The notes under the pieces were generated by a model that was not told where the DNA came from, searched no databases, and saw only the letters and a program-made list of their open reading frames with translations. From Amoebidium appalachense (Eukaryota; Protista; Ichthyosporea), in the NCBI GenBank assembly GCA_963693365.1, contig CAVNZM010000012.1:2170001-2234000 (forward strand): a stretch of 64,000 nt of DNA. The letters are read 5' to 3'. Shown here in pieces: positions 1-55,464 of the stretch. Position 1 is the stretch's first letter; each line of letters starts with the position of its first letter. Position numbers and translations under genes: made by a program.

Positions 1-144
1 GAGGGAGGGAAAGACAGTGGGGGAGAGAAGAGAGGAAAGAACAAGCAATAGAGAAAAACAAAAGCAAAAGCCAACCCGGCCCACGACAAACACACGAACA
101 CAGTACTAGCACACGTGTGCACAGACAGATCAATATTCCCCCCC

Positions 145-185
<41 letters not shown>

Positions 186-320
186 TCCCCCTTCCCTCCC
201 CCCCCCCCCTCTCTCCCCCTTCCTGCCTCCACCCGTCTCCCCTCTTTCCTCCATTCCTCCCTTCCATATACCCCCCCCCCACAAAACGTTCCCCACACCC
301 TCCTTTCTCTCCCTCCATCA

Positions 321-8197
<7,877 letters not shown>

Positions 8198-8894
8198 TCT
8201 CGACCTGTGGTTGTAGCCTTCAAGCTAATAAATGATGGTTGCGTAGATTTTTTCTAATATGAAATGGCGCTAGGCGCTTTGTTATGCAAAGTAGACAAGC
8301 ATACTTCAATGGAATGTCAGTAGATGTATTGCCAGCCGCCCGAAGGCCCAAAGGGGAAACTTACTTGGCGAGAGTCACCACTATATATATACTAAACCTG
8401 TTTACACGTCCACACTATAAAGAACAATGAGAGTGATCCTCAATTTTAGCTAGCTCTGTAATGATGTATGTGCATAGCTACCAGAACCGTTTGCATGTTA
8501 CACAACATCCCCCATCAACACCCCAAACGTAACTTTGAAAACGCAAACTTGACCATGGGCAGTTTCGCCGGCGAGCGGCCAGCTGGCGCTGTGAGAGAAA
8601 TCTAAATTTAGCCACTGGCTCACAGCGCAGTGATTGGCTAATAGATTATGATAAAACGGCAGTAGAAATCACGTTTTGGTGTCTATAATTTAAAATTTGT
8701 GCCGAAATTTCCTGCCAGATCATTCAAAGTTTTCGCGCCATTTTTCTCCTCACGGGCCCACGGCTCCTCCACACTCGTTTTCTCCAAAGTAGACAAAAGA
8801 AAGGCTTCCTTCTGTAGTTTTTTCAACTAGTTTATTTTTTATTATTAATTTTTGATGAGGTTGGCTACGGGCGTGCCCCATTTCTAACGCCAAC
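8198..8894. promoter_or_regulatory. Probable bidirectional promoter between PKC and UBC13
   Basis: ~700 bp, free of homopolymer tracts, between divergent ATGs; TATATATA at ~8382, ATTGG (CCAAT reverse) at ~8633. Confidence 0.5.
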
Positions 8895-11503
8895 ATGCTG
8901 CGCAGAATCCAAAAGGTTTGTTCTTCCCTAGGCACACGATACCCATTAAACCCACCTCTACCAATGGGCGCCCTGCTTGCAGGGGCCCTTGCTTGTTCTT
9001 GCTTCTATATAGTTTTTTTTGACTCTTAAAGAAACTTGAAATTGCTTGTTCTTGCTTCTATATAGTTTTTTTTGACTCTTAAAGAAACTTGAAATTTACT
9101 CTGGCGCATCACTGACCGGTTGGCTGTTTAGGTGACCGGCATTGTTTCGCGCGTTCAGCTCTCCAGGTTCCTCGCCTCATCGTCCCTTCTCTCCCTGCCT
9201 CCATCCCGACCCTCTTCCTCACCAGCCCCCCTCCAATCACATCCCCCCCCCCCCTCCTCCCTCCTACTCCCCCCTCCCCCTTCATCCCCTACCCCCCTTC
9301 CCCCACCCCCACCCCCCCCCCCCCACCTCCCCTCATCCTTCCCCCCCCCCCCCCCCCCCACCCACCACAACCACCACCACTGCCACCCCCTTGGCCCTTG
9401 AAGCACACCACTTAGCATCATTTCAAGCGGATAAGTATGTGTTCTTACATGGCTGGCTGCGCAGGAGACAGCAGAACTAGCCAAGAATCCGGTGGAGGGA
9501 ATGAATGTGGAGGCAAAGGAAGATAATGCGGTATGTAGCCCCACGCGTGGGTTGGTACAACTGCACAAACACGTTTTGGCTGTGTTTTTAGGCTGGGCGA
9601 GGCAGAGAAGGGCAGTTGCTCTTGGAGACGACAAAAGTGCTTTGGGCTTGCCTATGTTCGAAAGGTTTTGTGCGGAAGAAGCGTGGCAAGGCGATTTTAC
9701 CCGACCAATATGCGGCACCTTTTAGTTTCATCGTCTGTCTGAAACTCGTCGCTCTTAGTCGCGTACAGCTGAGAAGGTCACCACTATTATCATACTTGAT
9801 TCAAAGCAAAGACGTGTCAGTGGAGCCAACTTGCTCAGTTGTAGAGACTGTTCGCACTCAGTAGTCATGCCTGTAACCCTTTTGTTCACATTTTTTCCCT
9901 CCTCCCGTCACAGAGGCACTTTGACGTTACCTTGAACGGACCGGCAGGCTCGGCCTATGAAGGAGGCAAATTCAAGTTAGAGCTATTTCTTCCTGAGGAC
10001 TATCCGATGGCACCTCCAAAAGTGCGCTTCCTCACGAAGATTTATCATCCTAACATCGACAAGCTCGGCCGCATCTGCCTTGACATTCTTAAAGGTGAGC
10101 AGTGTCCCCCCCCCCCCCCCCCACCCCCACCTCTTCCTTTCCTTTTTTGGGGGGGGGGGGGGGGGGGGGGGGGGGTTGCTTTTAGGAAGGAACCCTGCTG
10201 CACATCGTATTGTAGCACAGCTATAAGGTGTTTGGTCTCGGTTTGTTGGTGAAGACGTGTGTTCTGCCATGACTTTTTTCTTCCATGGGTCTGCTCTTCC
10301 TTCTGACCCTCCATTTTTTTTCTCTCTGACACACCATCCTTTTGCAGATAAGTGGAGCCCAGCATTGATGATAAGGACGGTACTGCTGTCTATCCAGGCT
10401 TTGCTTTCTGCACCTAATCCAGACGATCCCCTTGCAAACGATGTGGCAGAGTTGTGGAAAAAGAATGAGGCTCAGGCCATAAAAAATGGTAGGCTGCCTT
10501 TGCCCCCCGCCCCCCCCTCCTCCCCCCTCCCCCCCCTCCTCCTCCCCCCCCGCCCTTGTGCGGGCTGCCTTTGCCCCCCGCCCCCCCCTCCCCCCCTCCC
10601 CCCCCTCCTCCTCCCCCCCGCCCTTGTGCATGCTCTCTTTCTTCCTCACCTGTTCCCTATGCCTACTCCTTCCTCCGCCCAAATTCTTCCCCCCAACACC
10701 TCCACTACTGCGGTTGAGTAACTCCTGCCCCTGTTTTTCTTCTGATGAGGAGTATCAGCTGGACTGTAATAACATCTTACACACTCTGTGCGTTCATTTT
10801 ACATGCATATATTGCGTTTTTTCAGTGTTTATACACGGGGTAACACATGACCCCCCCCCCCTCCCCCCTCGCCCACACCCCACACACACCTAGACACATC
10901 CACTCTTCTCCCCATCTCCCCCCCCCCCCCCCCTCCCCTCCCTCCCCCTGCCCCTCCCCCCCCCCCCCCCCTAACACCCAACACCCACCACACACCTAGA
11001 CACATCCACCCTTCTCCCCCCCCCCCCTCCTTCCCCCCGCCCCTCCCCCCCTCCTTCCCCCCCCCCCTCCCCCCCCCCCCCAAAAAAAGGAAAACCCCAC
11101 AAAATAATCTACACATCCCCCCCCCCCCCCCCCCCCCCGCCCCTCTCCCGCGCATGGCCCCAAAACACTCGCACCATCTCTGTTCCTTTACTAGCTCTGG
11201 TTATGAGTGACTTTTTTTTTTTTAGTCGGATATGGTCAATGTTCTATAGCACTCTCCTTTTCTCTCTGGTCCTCCCCTCCCCCCCCCCCCCCTCCCCCCC
11301 CCCTCCCCCCGCCCCTGCAGCCACGGTTGCTCCTGCCCTGAGAGCTTTCTCTCCCCTGCAAAGCCCATTGCAACTCTGTGGCATTTAAACTGCCCCCCCC
11401 CCCCCCCCCCCCCCCCCTCCGTTTGTTTCGCCTCCCCGTTTCTAACCTTTATTTTTTTGGGGCCGCAGCCAAGGAGTGGACAGCAAGGTATGCCAAGGAA
11501 TGA
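8895..11503 (+). CDS. UBE2N: Ubiquitin-conjugating enzyme E2 N (Ubc13), 5 exons
   Basis: Exons 8895-8915 (MLRRIQK), 9465-9530, 9914-10094 ([41 protein letters not shown]), 10348-10488 ([34 protein letters not shown]), 11469-11503 ([11 protein letters not shown]); phases are consistent. Confidence 0.95.
8989..9095. repeat. ~53-bp perfect tandem duplication in UBC13 intron 1
   Basis: TTGCTTGTTCTTGCTTCTATATAGTTTTTTTTGACTCTTAAAGAAACTTGAAA occurs twice. Confidence 0.85.
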
Positions 11504-12161
11504 ACGTGGACTACAGTTTGATAAAGGTGCTGGTTGACCCTGCATCTTTAACGACGGTGTTATTTGTTATCCAGACATAGTCACCTCTGCGATTATAGAC
11601 TTGAGTTAAAGCATACACACACCTTTAAAGTTAGCCATACACACATCTTTTTTTAAAATATTCACACGCCTGTACACAAACATCACACATCGAGAAATAT
11701 CACAAAGGCGCATTTCACACCCATTCGCATAGGCGCACGAGCAATAATTTTCTCAGTACCCTTTGTAAGTGCCTAAAGCAACTCACATGCACACTTCTAT
11801 TTTTTTCGGACTAAGAAAACAACACCTCCGTACATTTATCTATTTTTGGCACACCATTACAGCCTTAACCTGAATGCACACTTAGACAGCACACGATGAA
11901 TGCACCAACTTTTGTGGGCCTGACACCATACGCGTACATATCTGTGGTATGAATGTATGGACCATTTTGCAATTACAACGACATAAACACCGTCTATCCC
12001 CTTGCACAGAGCTAAACACGACCCCTCCTCTCTCCCCTCACCCCCTTCCCCCCCTCCGTCCCCGGGTCGTTCCGCTCCACCACGCACGCACGCGCACACA
12101 CACGCACACACACACACACTTACACACAAAACGTCACACTGGCGGTGTTGCACACACTGAC

Positions 12162-12203
<42 letters not shown>

Positions 12204-12966
12204 ACAAAAGGGATAAAAACTCAAATGAAGAAACTTCAGAAAAAACAAGAAGAAAAAGACTGCAACCGCAGTCCACAGGGGGTTGCATGCACCCACACTT
12301 TCCACGCTATCATACATGCATTGCGCGTGCACACGCAAACCACACAAACATATTCCTCCCACCATAACCAACTTACTCGTCGATATCAAATGATCAAGGG
12401 GCGTGCTAGCGCTATGCATGTGCACCATCTAGATATGTCGACATAAATTTAATCAAAGAGAACATAACGAGTTATGCATAAGCAACAATTGCAAACGGTT
12501 TCATTTTTATTCTCAGATGTCCATTGCCTTGCATATAGTATATCCTGATGGTTCCAGCCACTCAGGTTCAAGCTCAGCGGCAAAAATTATATTTCGTATA
12601 CCGTGCCTAGGCCTTTTACATGCAAGCAGATTTGACTCCGGATATGCCAGTATTACATATATATGTGCTCAAACGAAATGAATCGCCGATTTAAAATATA
12701 GTTTGGGCAAAGAGATATACATTACAGCACTTCTGTACGAAGTTGAAACAAGGCAACCAAACCAGCTTGTAATAAACGTCAGGAAACGAGTGATACACGT
12801 CCACTCGAACGGATTAACACCAGGTTCACTGTGTACAACCAAAAACTTCAAAACCACATAATCTTGTTCCTTTCAGTGCCGTCATACGTGCAAGTCACAC
12901 CCCATCTTGATCTCAGATGATATGATTCGATGAATCGCCCAAAACTGTTACAGAGGGCATACACAT

Positions 12967-13041
<75 letters not shown>

Positions 13042-13122
13042 CTCTCCAGCCACCTAAAAGAGAAAAGAAAGACCCCCCCCCCCCCCCCCCCCCTCAGGGC
13101 CCCCTCTCTTCCAGCCACCTAA

Positions 13123-13181
<59 letters not shown>

Positions 13182-13454
13182 AAAGTGAATAACACATCAC
13201 CAGTGAACAAGCCAAGACCATTTCAACAAAAAACAACAAAACAGATGTGTCAGTCTTGAATTTTTTGTTGTTACACAGCGAATATGTTGGGCAACCACAC
13301 GAAAAATGATGCCGAGAGTGGCAAAATCGCCGCTCACGTACACAATTTCAAGTATCACACTGCATATCATATATGGTTGTATGTGTACATATATGCATCT
13401 ATCATTCACCAATCTCCCTCTATGCATATACCATATAACAATATAATAACCATA

Positions 13455-29519
<16,065 letters not shown>

Positions 29520-31069
29520 GGTCTATGTGGCATAGCACAGACTCCTGTGCGACAAAAGGTGCAGAGATCGGACACAAAACATGGGCGGAAAAGACGAAGC
29601 CTAGCCACACTTATTCACCTTCAGAGCGTTAAAACGATCTGTTAACGCTCCCAAGCCCTGTAAACGTGCAGTAATCAGAGGTATGAGGACCTAACACGGC
29701 TGCTGGCGGCGATGTTAAGATGTTTTCCGGAAAGAATCAGTTCGTGCAACAATGCTTGCTGAGCATGACCAAAAGGTGCTCCATCTATTGTTGACGTGTC
29801 TAAAATACACAGAAGTATAAAATTACAGTTCCAGAGCTCTCAACAGAAAGAGGGAAAAGAAAGCTCTACTTTGTTAATGTGACACGGGCATGCACGTCCA
29901 CGATCTCAGTGTGTCACGAACCGTGCACAGTGCAACAGGAGGCTCTGGCTGAAGAGAAGCGCGACCAGAAAATTCAAATGGGCCACGTAACCGATTAAGT
30001 AAGACCATGACTGGCCCGTTACTAAACATAGGCATCGAGTTAGAGCCTAATTGCTATTTATAGCATTTCAGGCCCAGCAGGTGATGACGCAAACACTGAT
30101 GGTGAGCCGCCACCGGCATCATGTCACGCAGTAAAAAGTTCAGTGGTACCGCTGCCTGCGCATGCTGTAAATTTCTGTGTGGGTCAAGGTCACTTAAACT
30201 AATGTTGTACATGTCACATGCCTATAGGGCTATTGTTTAAATTGTTGTCTATTACACTGAGTGTCGTGGCAATCGAACATGGAATTGGAAAAATGCTGAT
30301 GGAATGTGCATGGAACATGGAATTAGAAAAATGCTGATCGCATGTGCAATGGAATCGAAATGGGTCTACAACGGTGTCGATATCTTAGTATGTGTACATC
30401 ATGCCACGACGTGTTGTGTGTGTGTGTGTGTGTGTGCTTTGTTATGGCCATTATGGTTTTGTTACAGCACATGTGACTGGACGTTCGAAGATCTTGTGCG
30501 CGCGCACACGTGCCTCCGCCTGATTGTAGGGTGACACAGTGCACCATATGGCCATGCATGTGTACGGTGCACGTGTGTGCCGCCTTTTAAAGATGGTACG
30601 TGTGTGTGTGTGCACGTGCTTATGTGTTGGAAAAGGGGGAGGAAAGGGGGGCGCGGGGGGAAGGGGGGGGGGGGGGGGGGGGGGAGGGAGGAGGGGGCCA
30701 ACCACAAGTCGCCACTGGCTACATACCTGTTGATTTGACGCTCTTTAATAGATCTTTGCACAGGTACAGTAACTCTGATGATTGATACTCAAACAAATTT
30801 ATGATAACACCTTTTGGTTCACTACGCCCGCTGGCCAGCAGGGGCTGTATAATCCTAAAAACATAACAATGGCCTTGCTGTGTCCGTGAGCGTACGGTAA
30901 AACATAAAAATCAAGTAGTTCTCATTCTTTACATCATAAGTAATATGCAGGAGTGTGAAAAAAAAAAAAAAGAACCAGTTTACCCTCTGTACAGCAAAAT
31001 TCTCTTTCATGTTACACTCTCTTATGCATAGTTGAATATTGATTGGCACACACGTAAAGCTCTCCAAGT

Positions 31070-39193
<8,124 letters not shown>

Positions 39194-39848
39194 GTTATTA
39201 CGAGTGAAGGGGCAAACCCCAGACTGGAAAAGTCTAGACCGACTCAGCCATTTTTGTCTGAATTTTTGCTGGAAACGTCACTTGTAGACGGCTTTTCGCC
39301 TTTGTTGTGTGCGCTGTATCAAGCGAAGGAGAAAAGCAGTAAAATCCTAGTCCGGCACTCTGCTTTCCAAACATGCAAGTTCTGTTAGCTCTAGATGGTC
39401 ATGAATGGACTACTGTGTTCTATCTCTTAAGACGGCAATGTGCCTACGTGGCCAAAACACTACACCCCTTGAAGAAACCCTGCGCCGAAGCCCCGTTCTC
39501 TTACTGAATGTGCACGGCCAAAGCCTTGATGCAATTGTCAAGGTACACCTGTTTCACTTTTCACAGAAAAGCTGTGGAGTCGCTTTGACGAGCTCAGCCA
39601 AAATAATTTTGGACACAGTACACTTCAGAGAAGGTCATTCTGGCCAATGTCAGCTTGTTTTGTTAACTTTCAGAGCAGTAAACTTAATCGGCCGACCCTG
39701 AAAAGTTCTACGTTTGCGCATACACCGACGGCCGTGCTGCCAAAATGCATGCGGCACCTGCGCATGCAGGCTCGGACCGGAGCAGGCTCACTCCTACGTG
39801 GGTATATACTATTCAGAGCTCGAGTTGCGTCTGAAGGAACAAACGAAA
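39194..39848. promoter_or_regulatory. Probable bidirectional promoter between the cyclin and JMJD7
   Basis: ~650 bp of repeat-free sequence between divergent start codons. Confidence 0.45.
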
Positions 39849-50210
<10,362 letters not shown>

Positions 50211-50993
50211 GTTGCATGCAGTAGCTGACTGCCCGTGTTGTATGGGGAAAAAGGCGGAGGGTGATGGTGTGGATACTGCGAACAAGTAGATTTCATTGGT
50301 TCGTTTAAGGGTTTAGTGTTGATGATGTATATGTAACTATTGGTTCGATGTATGTTTTTATAGTTAACGTTAGTGAATTTTATACTTAAGTGTAAGTAGA
50401 ACGATTGAGGGTAAGGCACAGGCGGCAGGACTCGGCGAGGGGGTGGTGGATGTTTTTACCAAATGTGGTGCATATGAAATGTTTTGATTGGGTTACGTGT
50501 GAGATGATGCATTTCCGTGGTTGGTTGAGAAGTATGAGACTGGGGGTGTCAAGGATAGGTGCTGCTTGGGAGCAGATGATTATGAATGGCAATGGGGTAT
50601 ATTATGTAAGGGGTGCTAACGATGACAATTTAGATTGATTGGATGGTGTTTGTTTATTGTAATCGCAGCCGATGGCCAACCGTGTCGGTTAGCTTCTGTG
50701 TTCATGTTGTCACAAAGTTATTGGGCAAACAGAAGAATCATGCATACGTATATAGGAATTATTCTTCTCAGATGTGAATGGCATGCATGAATGTAAACAC
50801 CATCCGATGATACCCCAACGGCTGAAACGATATTCCTACTTTTTTTATTGTTTTTTTTTATGTGCCCAATTGCAATAAACAAGTCCTCACAACAATTGCC
50901 GGTTACCCAATCGGTTTTCTCTACCTCCTCCCTCCTTCCCCCCGGGTCTTCTCCCACAGCCGGCCGTGGTTCCGCATTATTCCTTTCTTACTC

Positions 50994-51080
<87 letters not shown>

Positions 51081-51548
51081 CATGCATATGGCTGCAAACC
51101 ACCCCCCCCCCCCCCCCCCCCCCCCCCCTCCTCCTCCTTTTCCCGGACCTCGAGCATTTAAGTGTACACTTACTAGCGGCAGCTGCAGCTGAGTCCCTGA
51201 CCACTGGGGGGGGGGGGTTGGACTGAGCTTGTAGTATAATTCAGAATAAATGACGTTTGCACCTTTATTCATTATGTTCAGTATTCTCAGACACTCAATT
51301 GTATATGATTAGTATAGCTAAATCACACCAGCCATCTACCCATTCGGATCTAGTAGGATATTTTGTCTGGATTGCTATATGGTTAATTCATTAGGCTACG
51401 GAGTATCCCTAGGCTCAAACCTGCATCTACTGTATTTTACTTGCCACAAGACAATTATATAAAAAGCGTTGGTTCTCCACAGAACCCGTCAACCGAGCTA
51501 AGACCGTCACATGACCACACCATTGTGTGTCGAGCATCATAACCCAAC

Positions 51549-51616
<68 letters not shown>

Positions 51617-51675
51617 CGCCCGCGCACGCGTCTGTGCGTTTATGTGCGGCTGTGTAAGGTGTATGTTTGTGTGTT

Positions 51676-51732
<57 letters not shown>

Positions 51733-52006
51733 CTGTGTGTGTGTGTGCGCGCGTCTATGTATGTATGTGTGTCTGTGTAAGGTGTGAGTATGTTTGTGTG
51801 TGTTTGTGCGTATGCCAGCATGGCTTGTGTGCAGTGCCACCTGTGTGTGTGTGCGACTCTTTGTTCACTGCGGCTTGCGCCAGAGTTGGTTTGGTCTTGT
51901 AGCGTCCGGAAGGCACAGTTAAGACGACATTCCCAGCACACATGCATATACACACAACCCCGCACATGCACGCAGGAGAGGGGGTGGGAGGGTGGGGGGA
52001 TGGGGG

Positions 52007-52040
<34 letters not shown>

Positions 52041-53040
52041 TATGTGCGTAGTCAAAGTACAGATCCGTTTGTGACGCATTCTTGGCAGACGATTGCACCA
52101 CAATGCCGTTTTGGGGCGTGGGGGGAAGGGGGGAGGGTGGGGGCGGGAGAGAAGAGAGAAGGGGGGGGGGGGGGAGGGGGGGGATGCCTCCCAACGTGTG
52201 TGACATGCGTGTGACGCTAACACACTGTGTGCGTGTGTTGTTGGTGATGGATTATGGCTTGATGCATGTGTGCGCCATATAAGGGTGGGTGGAAAAGGGG
52301 GGGGGGGGGGGGGGGGGGGGGGATAGGGGGGAGCACGTGGAGAGAAACAAAAGCTGGGAGAAAGTGTGTGGGTGATTGGTGCGTGTATGTGTTTGCTTTG
52401 AACATATACTCGGCGAGCGTCTCGAAAGTGTGTGTTCTCTGGCGCGGCGTGTTACGTGCTCGTGTTACAGTTACAGCATGTGTGCTTGCATGAGCGTGCC
52501 ATGTGCAAGCCTGTGAGTGTTTGTCCCTTTTTTCCTCGCTGTGTGATGTGATTTTTTGGATGTGTATAAGAACATTTGTATTTCAGGTGGAGTGAGTCAG
52601 TGGTGGTACCGAATAGCACTATGGAACGGCAAGTGATTCTGCAATATTTGTCTCAAGGTTACCGGTTTATACAGATCAGACAATTATCTCCACCGGCCTT
52701 TGGGCGTGCACTTACATCGACCATGGCAAGAAATATGTGCCTATTGCCGGTGTCATTGCAAACAACATTAAGTCCTCTTCCCGGGCTCCCACTCCACCTT
52801 CTCCCCTCCCCCCCACCCCTCTCTCATTACGAAAAACAAGAAAAAAGAAAGAAAGAAAGAAAAGAAACCCCCTCTTCCCCCCTCCCCCCCCCCCCCCCCC
52901 CACCCTCCCCCCATCCCAATTCACCCCGGAGCACTGAGGCACGCACACACACGTTTGCACCCAAGCACTTACGTGAGCGCAGACATACACAGGCGCGCGT
53001 GCATACACACACACACTCTCTCTCTTTCTCTCCCTCTCCC

Positions 53041-53071
<31 letters not shown>

Positions 53072-53352
53072 ACCACCACACACACACGAGGGAACAGGGG
53101 AAGTGAGAACAAGTGCGAAGTGTGCATAAACCGTCTCCAACCACCACACCACCCGGTTCAACCATACATCCGTCACCGTCTCTAACGAATATCTTTCATG
53201 CGCAAATAGATACTTCTGTCGACCCATGGGTTATACCATGCTTTCTTGTAGAACTTCCTTCGTAACCCACCCAACTCGACTTGAAAGGCTGGTCAGTGGA
53301 ATATATCAAGCATAAAACGGTATTAAAAAACCGACACAGTGAGATAGGTAGG

Positions 53353-53392
<40 letters not shown>

Positions 53393-53817
53393 GAGAGAGA
53401 GGGAGAGAGGGAGAGAGACGGGGGGAAGAGGTGGGGAGAGAGAAGGGAGGGGGAGGGGGGGAGAGGGAGGGAGGGAGAGGGGGGGGGAGGGGGAGAGAGA
53501 GAGAGAAGGACCGAGAGAGAGGTAGCGAGAGAGAGAGAGGGAGAGAGGGGGGGCGAGGGAGGGAGGGGGGGGGTGGGGGGGAGATAGAGAGAGAGAGAGA
53601 GAGTGTGTGTGTGTGTGTGTGTAAAATAAACACGTGCAAACTTCCGTACGATGCAGCCGTCTGCCTGTGGTGGCCGCACACAATGGAATATTAATAGCTC
53701 CATAAGGCAAGCAGAGGAAGTGCAGAGGAATACAATCCGCCTATGTGTCATGCCCTTCGTGCGATCATCTTTCCAAAACTTTAGTAAGAATCCCAAAACG
53801 AATAGTTGAAAAACTTA

Positions 53818-53850
<33 letters not shown>

Positions 53851-53998
53851 CCGGGGCGTGAGCTTAAATTATGCAGACGTGCAACTTAGTGCATCCGGTG
53901 GCACAGTACTCTTTGCACTCACTGAAAGTTTCCTCCCGGAGCCGGTGCCCACCCAAGACTGCAGTGTAGCGAAGATTAGTAATGAAAAAGGCAAAGAT

Positions 53999-54033
<35 letters not shown>

Positions 54034-54054
54034 ATACTCTGCAAAACATAACAC

Positions 54055-54093
<39 letters not shown>

Positions 54094-54363
54094 TCCCCCT
54101 GGCCCACCCTCCACCCCCACCCCCACCCCCATCAGCACCCACACACCCGTCCTGTCTCCCAACTGCAGTGTAGAGAAGACGTGACTGAACTTCGGCAATT
54201 ATATATTTTTTTTTGCATTATCTTCAAAACATAATATCCCTCCCTCCTCCCCCCTCCCCCCCCCCCCCCCCCCCCCCTCCCCCCAATGGCCCACCCCCAC
54301 CTCCATCCCACCCCAGTCCACCCATATGCCTACACCCGTTCTGTCTCCCAACCTGTCCCTCCT

Positions 54364-54394
<31 letters not shown>

Positions 54395-55211
54395 TTCCCT
54401 CCCCCCCCCTCCCTGCCCCCCCCTCCCTGCACTCCCGTTGTGGCATGAGCAAACTTCGCACAAAAAACACTATCTACCCACCACTTTTAACCCCCCCCGC
54501 CCCCTCCTTTCTTCTCTCGGGGGGGGGGGGGGGGGGGGGGGGATAACGGGAATGGCAAGCGTACAAACACCCTTGTCCAGTGTCATGATCAGCAGTTGGG
54601 CACACGACACGCTGTGGATGAGTCAGGCTTCAGTCACACTCCTGATGTGTCATGTATGATGATGTGTGTGTGTGTGTGTGTGTGTGTGGCAGAGGGGGGG
54701 AGGCCCTGGGGGGGGGGAGGGGAGGGGCCCGGGAAAGGAAGGGGGATGGGGGGTGGGGGGGTATGCAACATACATTGAGAGAGAGTGTGTGCTTGTGGCC
54801 CACGCACACGGTGTACACAGGATCAGGTGCCTCAACACGTACGCGTAAGATAGCGCATGTGTGTGTGTGCACGTGTGACACATTGTTAGAAAGTTGGAGG
54901 GTGCCTCTACGGTGTGTTGAATTTATGTGCGGTGCCTTCGTGCATGCTTGCTTGTATGTATTTGAGGTTGTACGGGCCCATTACATAAAAGAGACATCTA
55001 TTTTTCACGGCGAAGCCTTAGGATCCAATAGTTAGTTTCAGGCGGATCAAATATCCTGGGGGCGAAGCAACAGAATTAAGCTAACAATTAGACTAAATAG
55101 TGTTGTTTCAGGGTTTTTATTTAGTTGGCACCGTTTGCACCAACTATCCGATGTCGGTAGTGGTATGTACAGGTGGTTGGAATGGTTTCCTCCCGGAATA
55201 CTCACTTATAC

Positions 55212-55393
55212 AAAGTCACATAACACATCAATGACAGCTAAGAAGTGCATTACAGAAGTTTATCATTTAAAAACACACATGTTAACTGTTGCCTACACCA
55301 AGTCACATAACACATCAATGACAGCTAAGAAGTGCATTACAGAAGCATAATTATCATTCGAATACACACATGTTAACTGTTGCCTTCACCAAG
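55212..55393. repeat. ~90-bp tandem duplication downstream of the Cys-rich gene
   Basis: AAGTCACATAACACATCAATGACAGCTAAGAAGTGCATTACAGAAG...ATGTTAACTGTTGCCT occurs twice. Confidence 0.85.
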
Positions 55394-55464
55394 AACCGTA
55401 GTATATATGTGCACACATGTACAGTGCACATATCATCACACAACACACCCACTCACATACCACT

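Noticed and set aside
50290-50660. A/C-rich minus-strand ORF fragments resembling a decayed retroelement
   Set aside because: No RT or endonuclease motifs; lies just after the JMJD7 stop and is likely 3' UTR.
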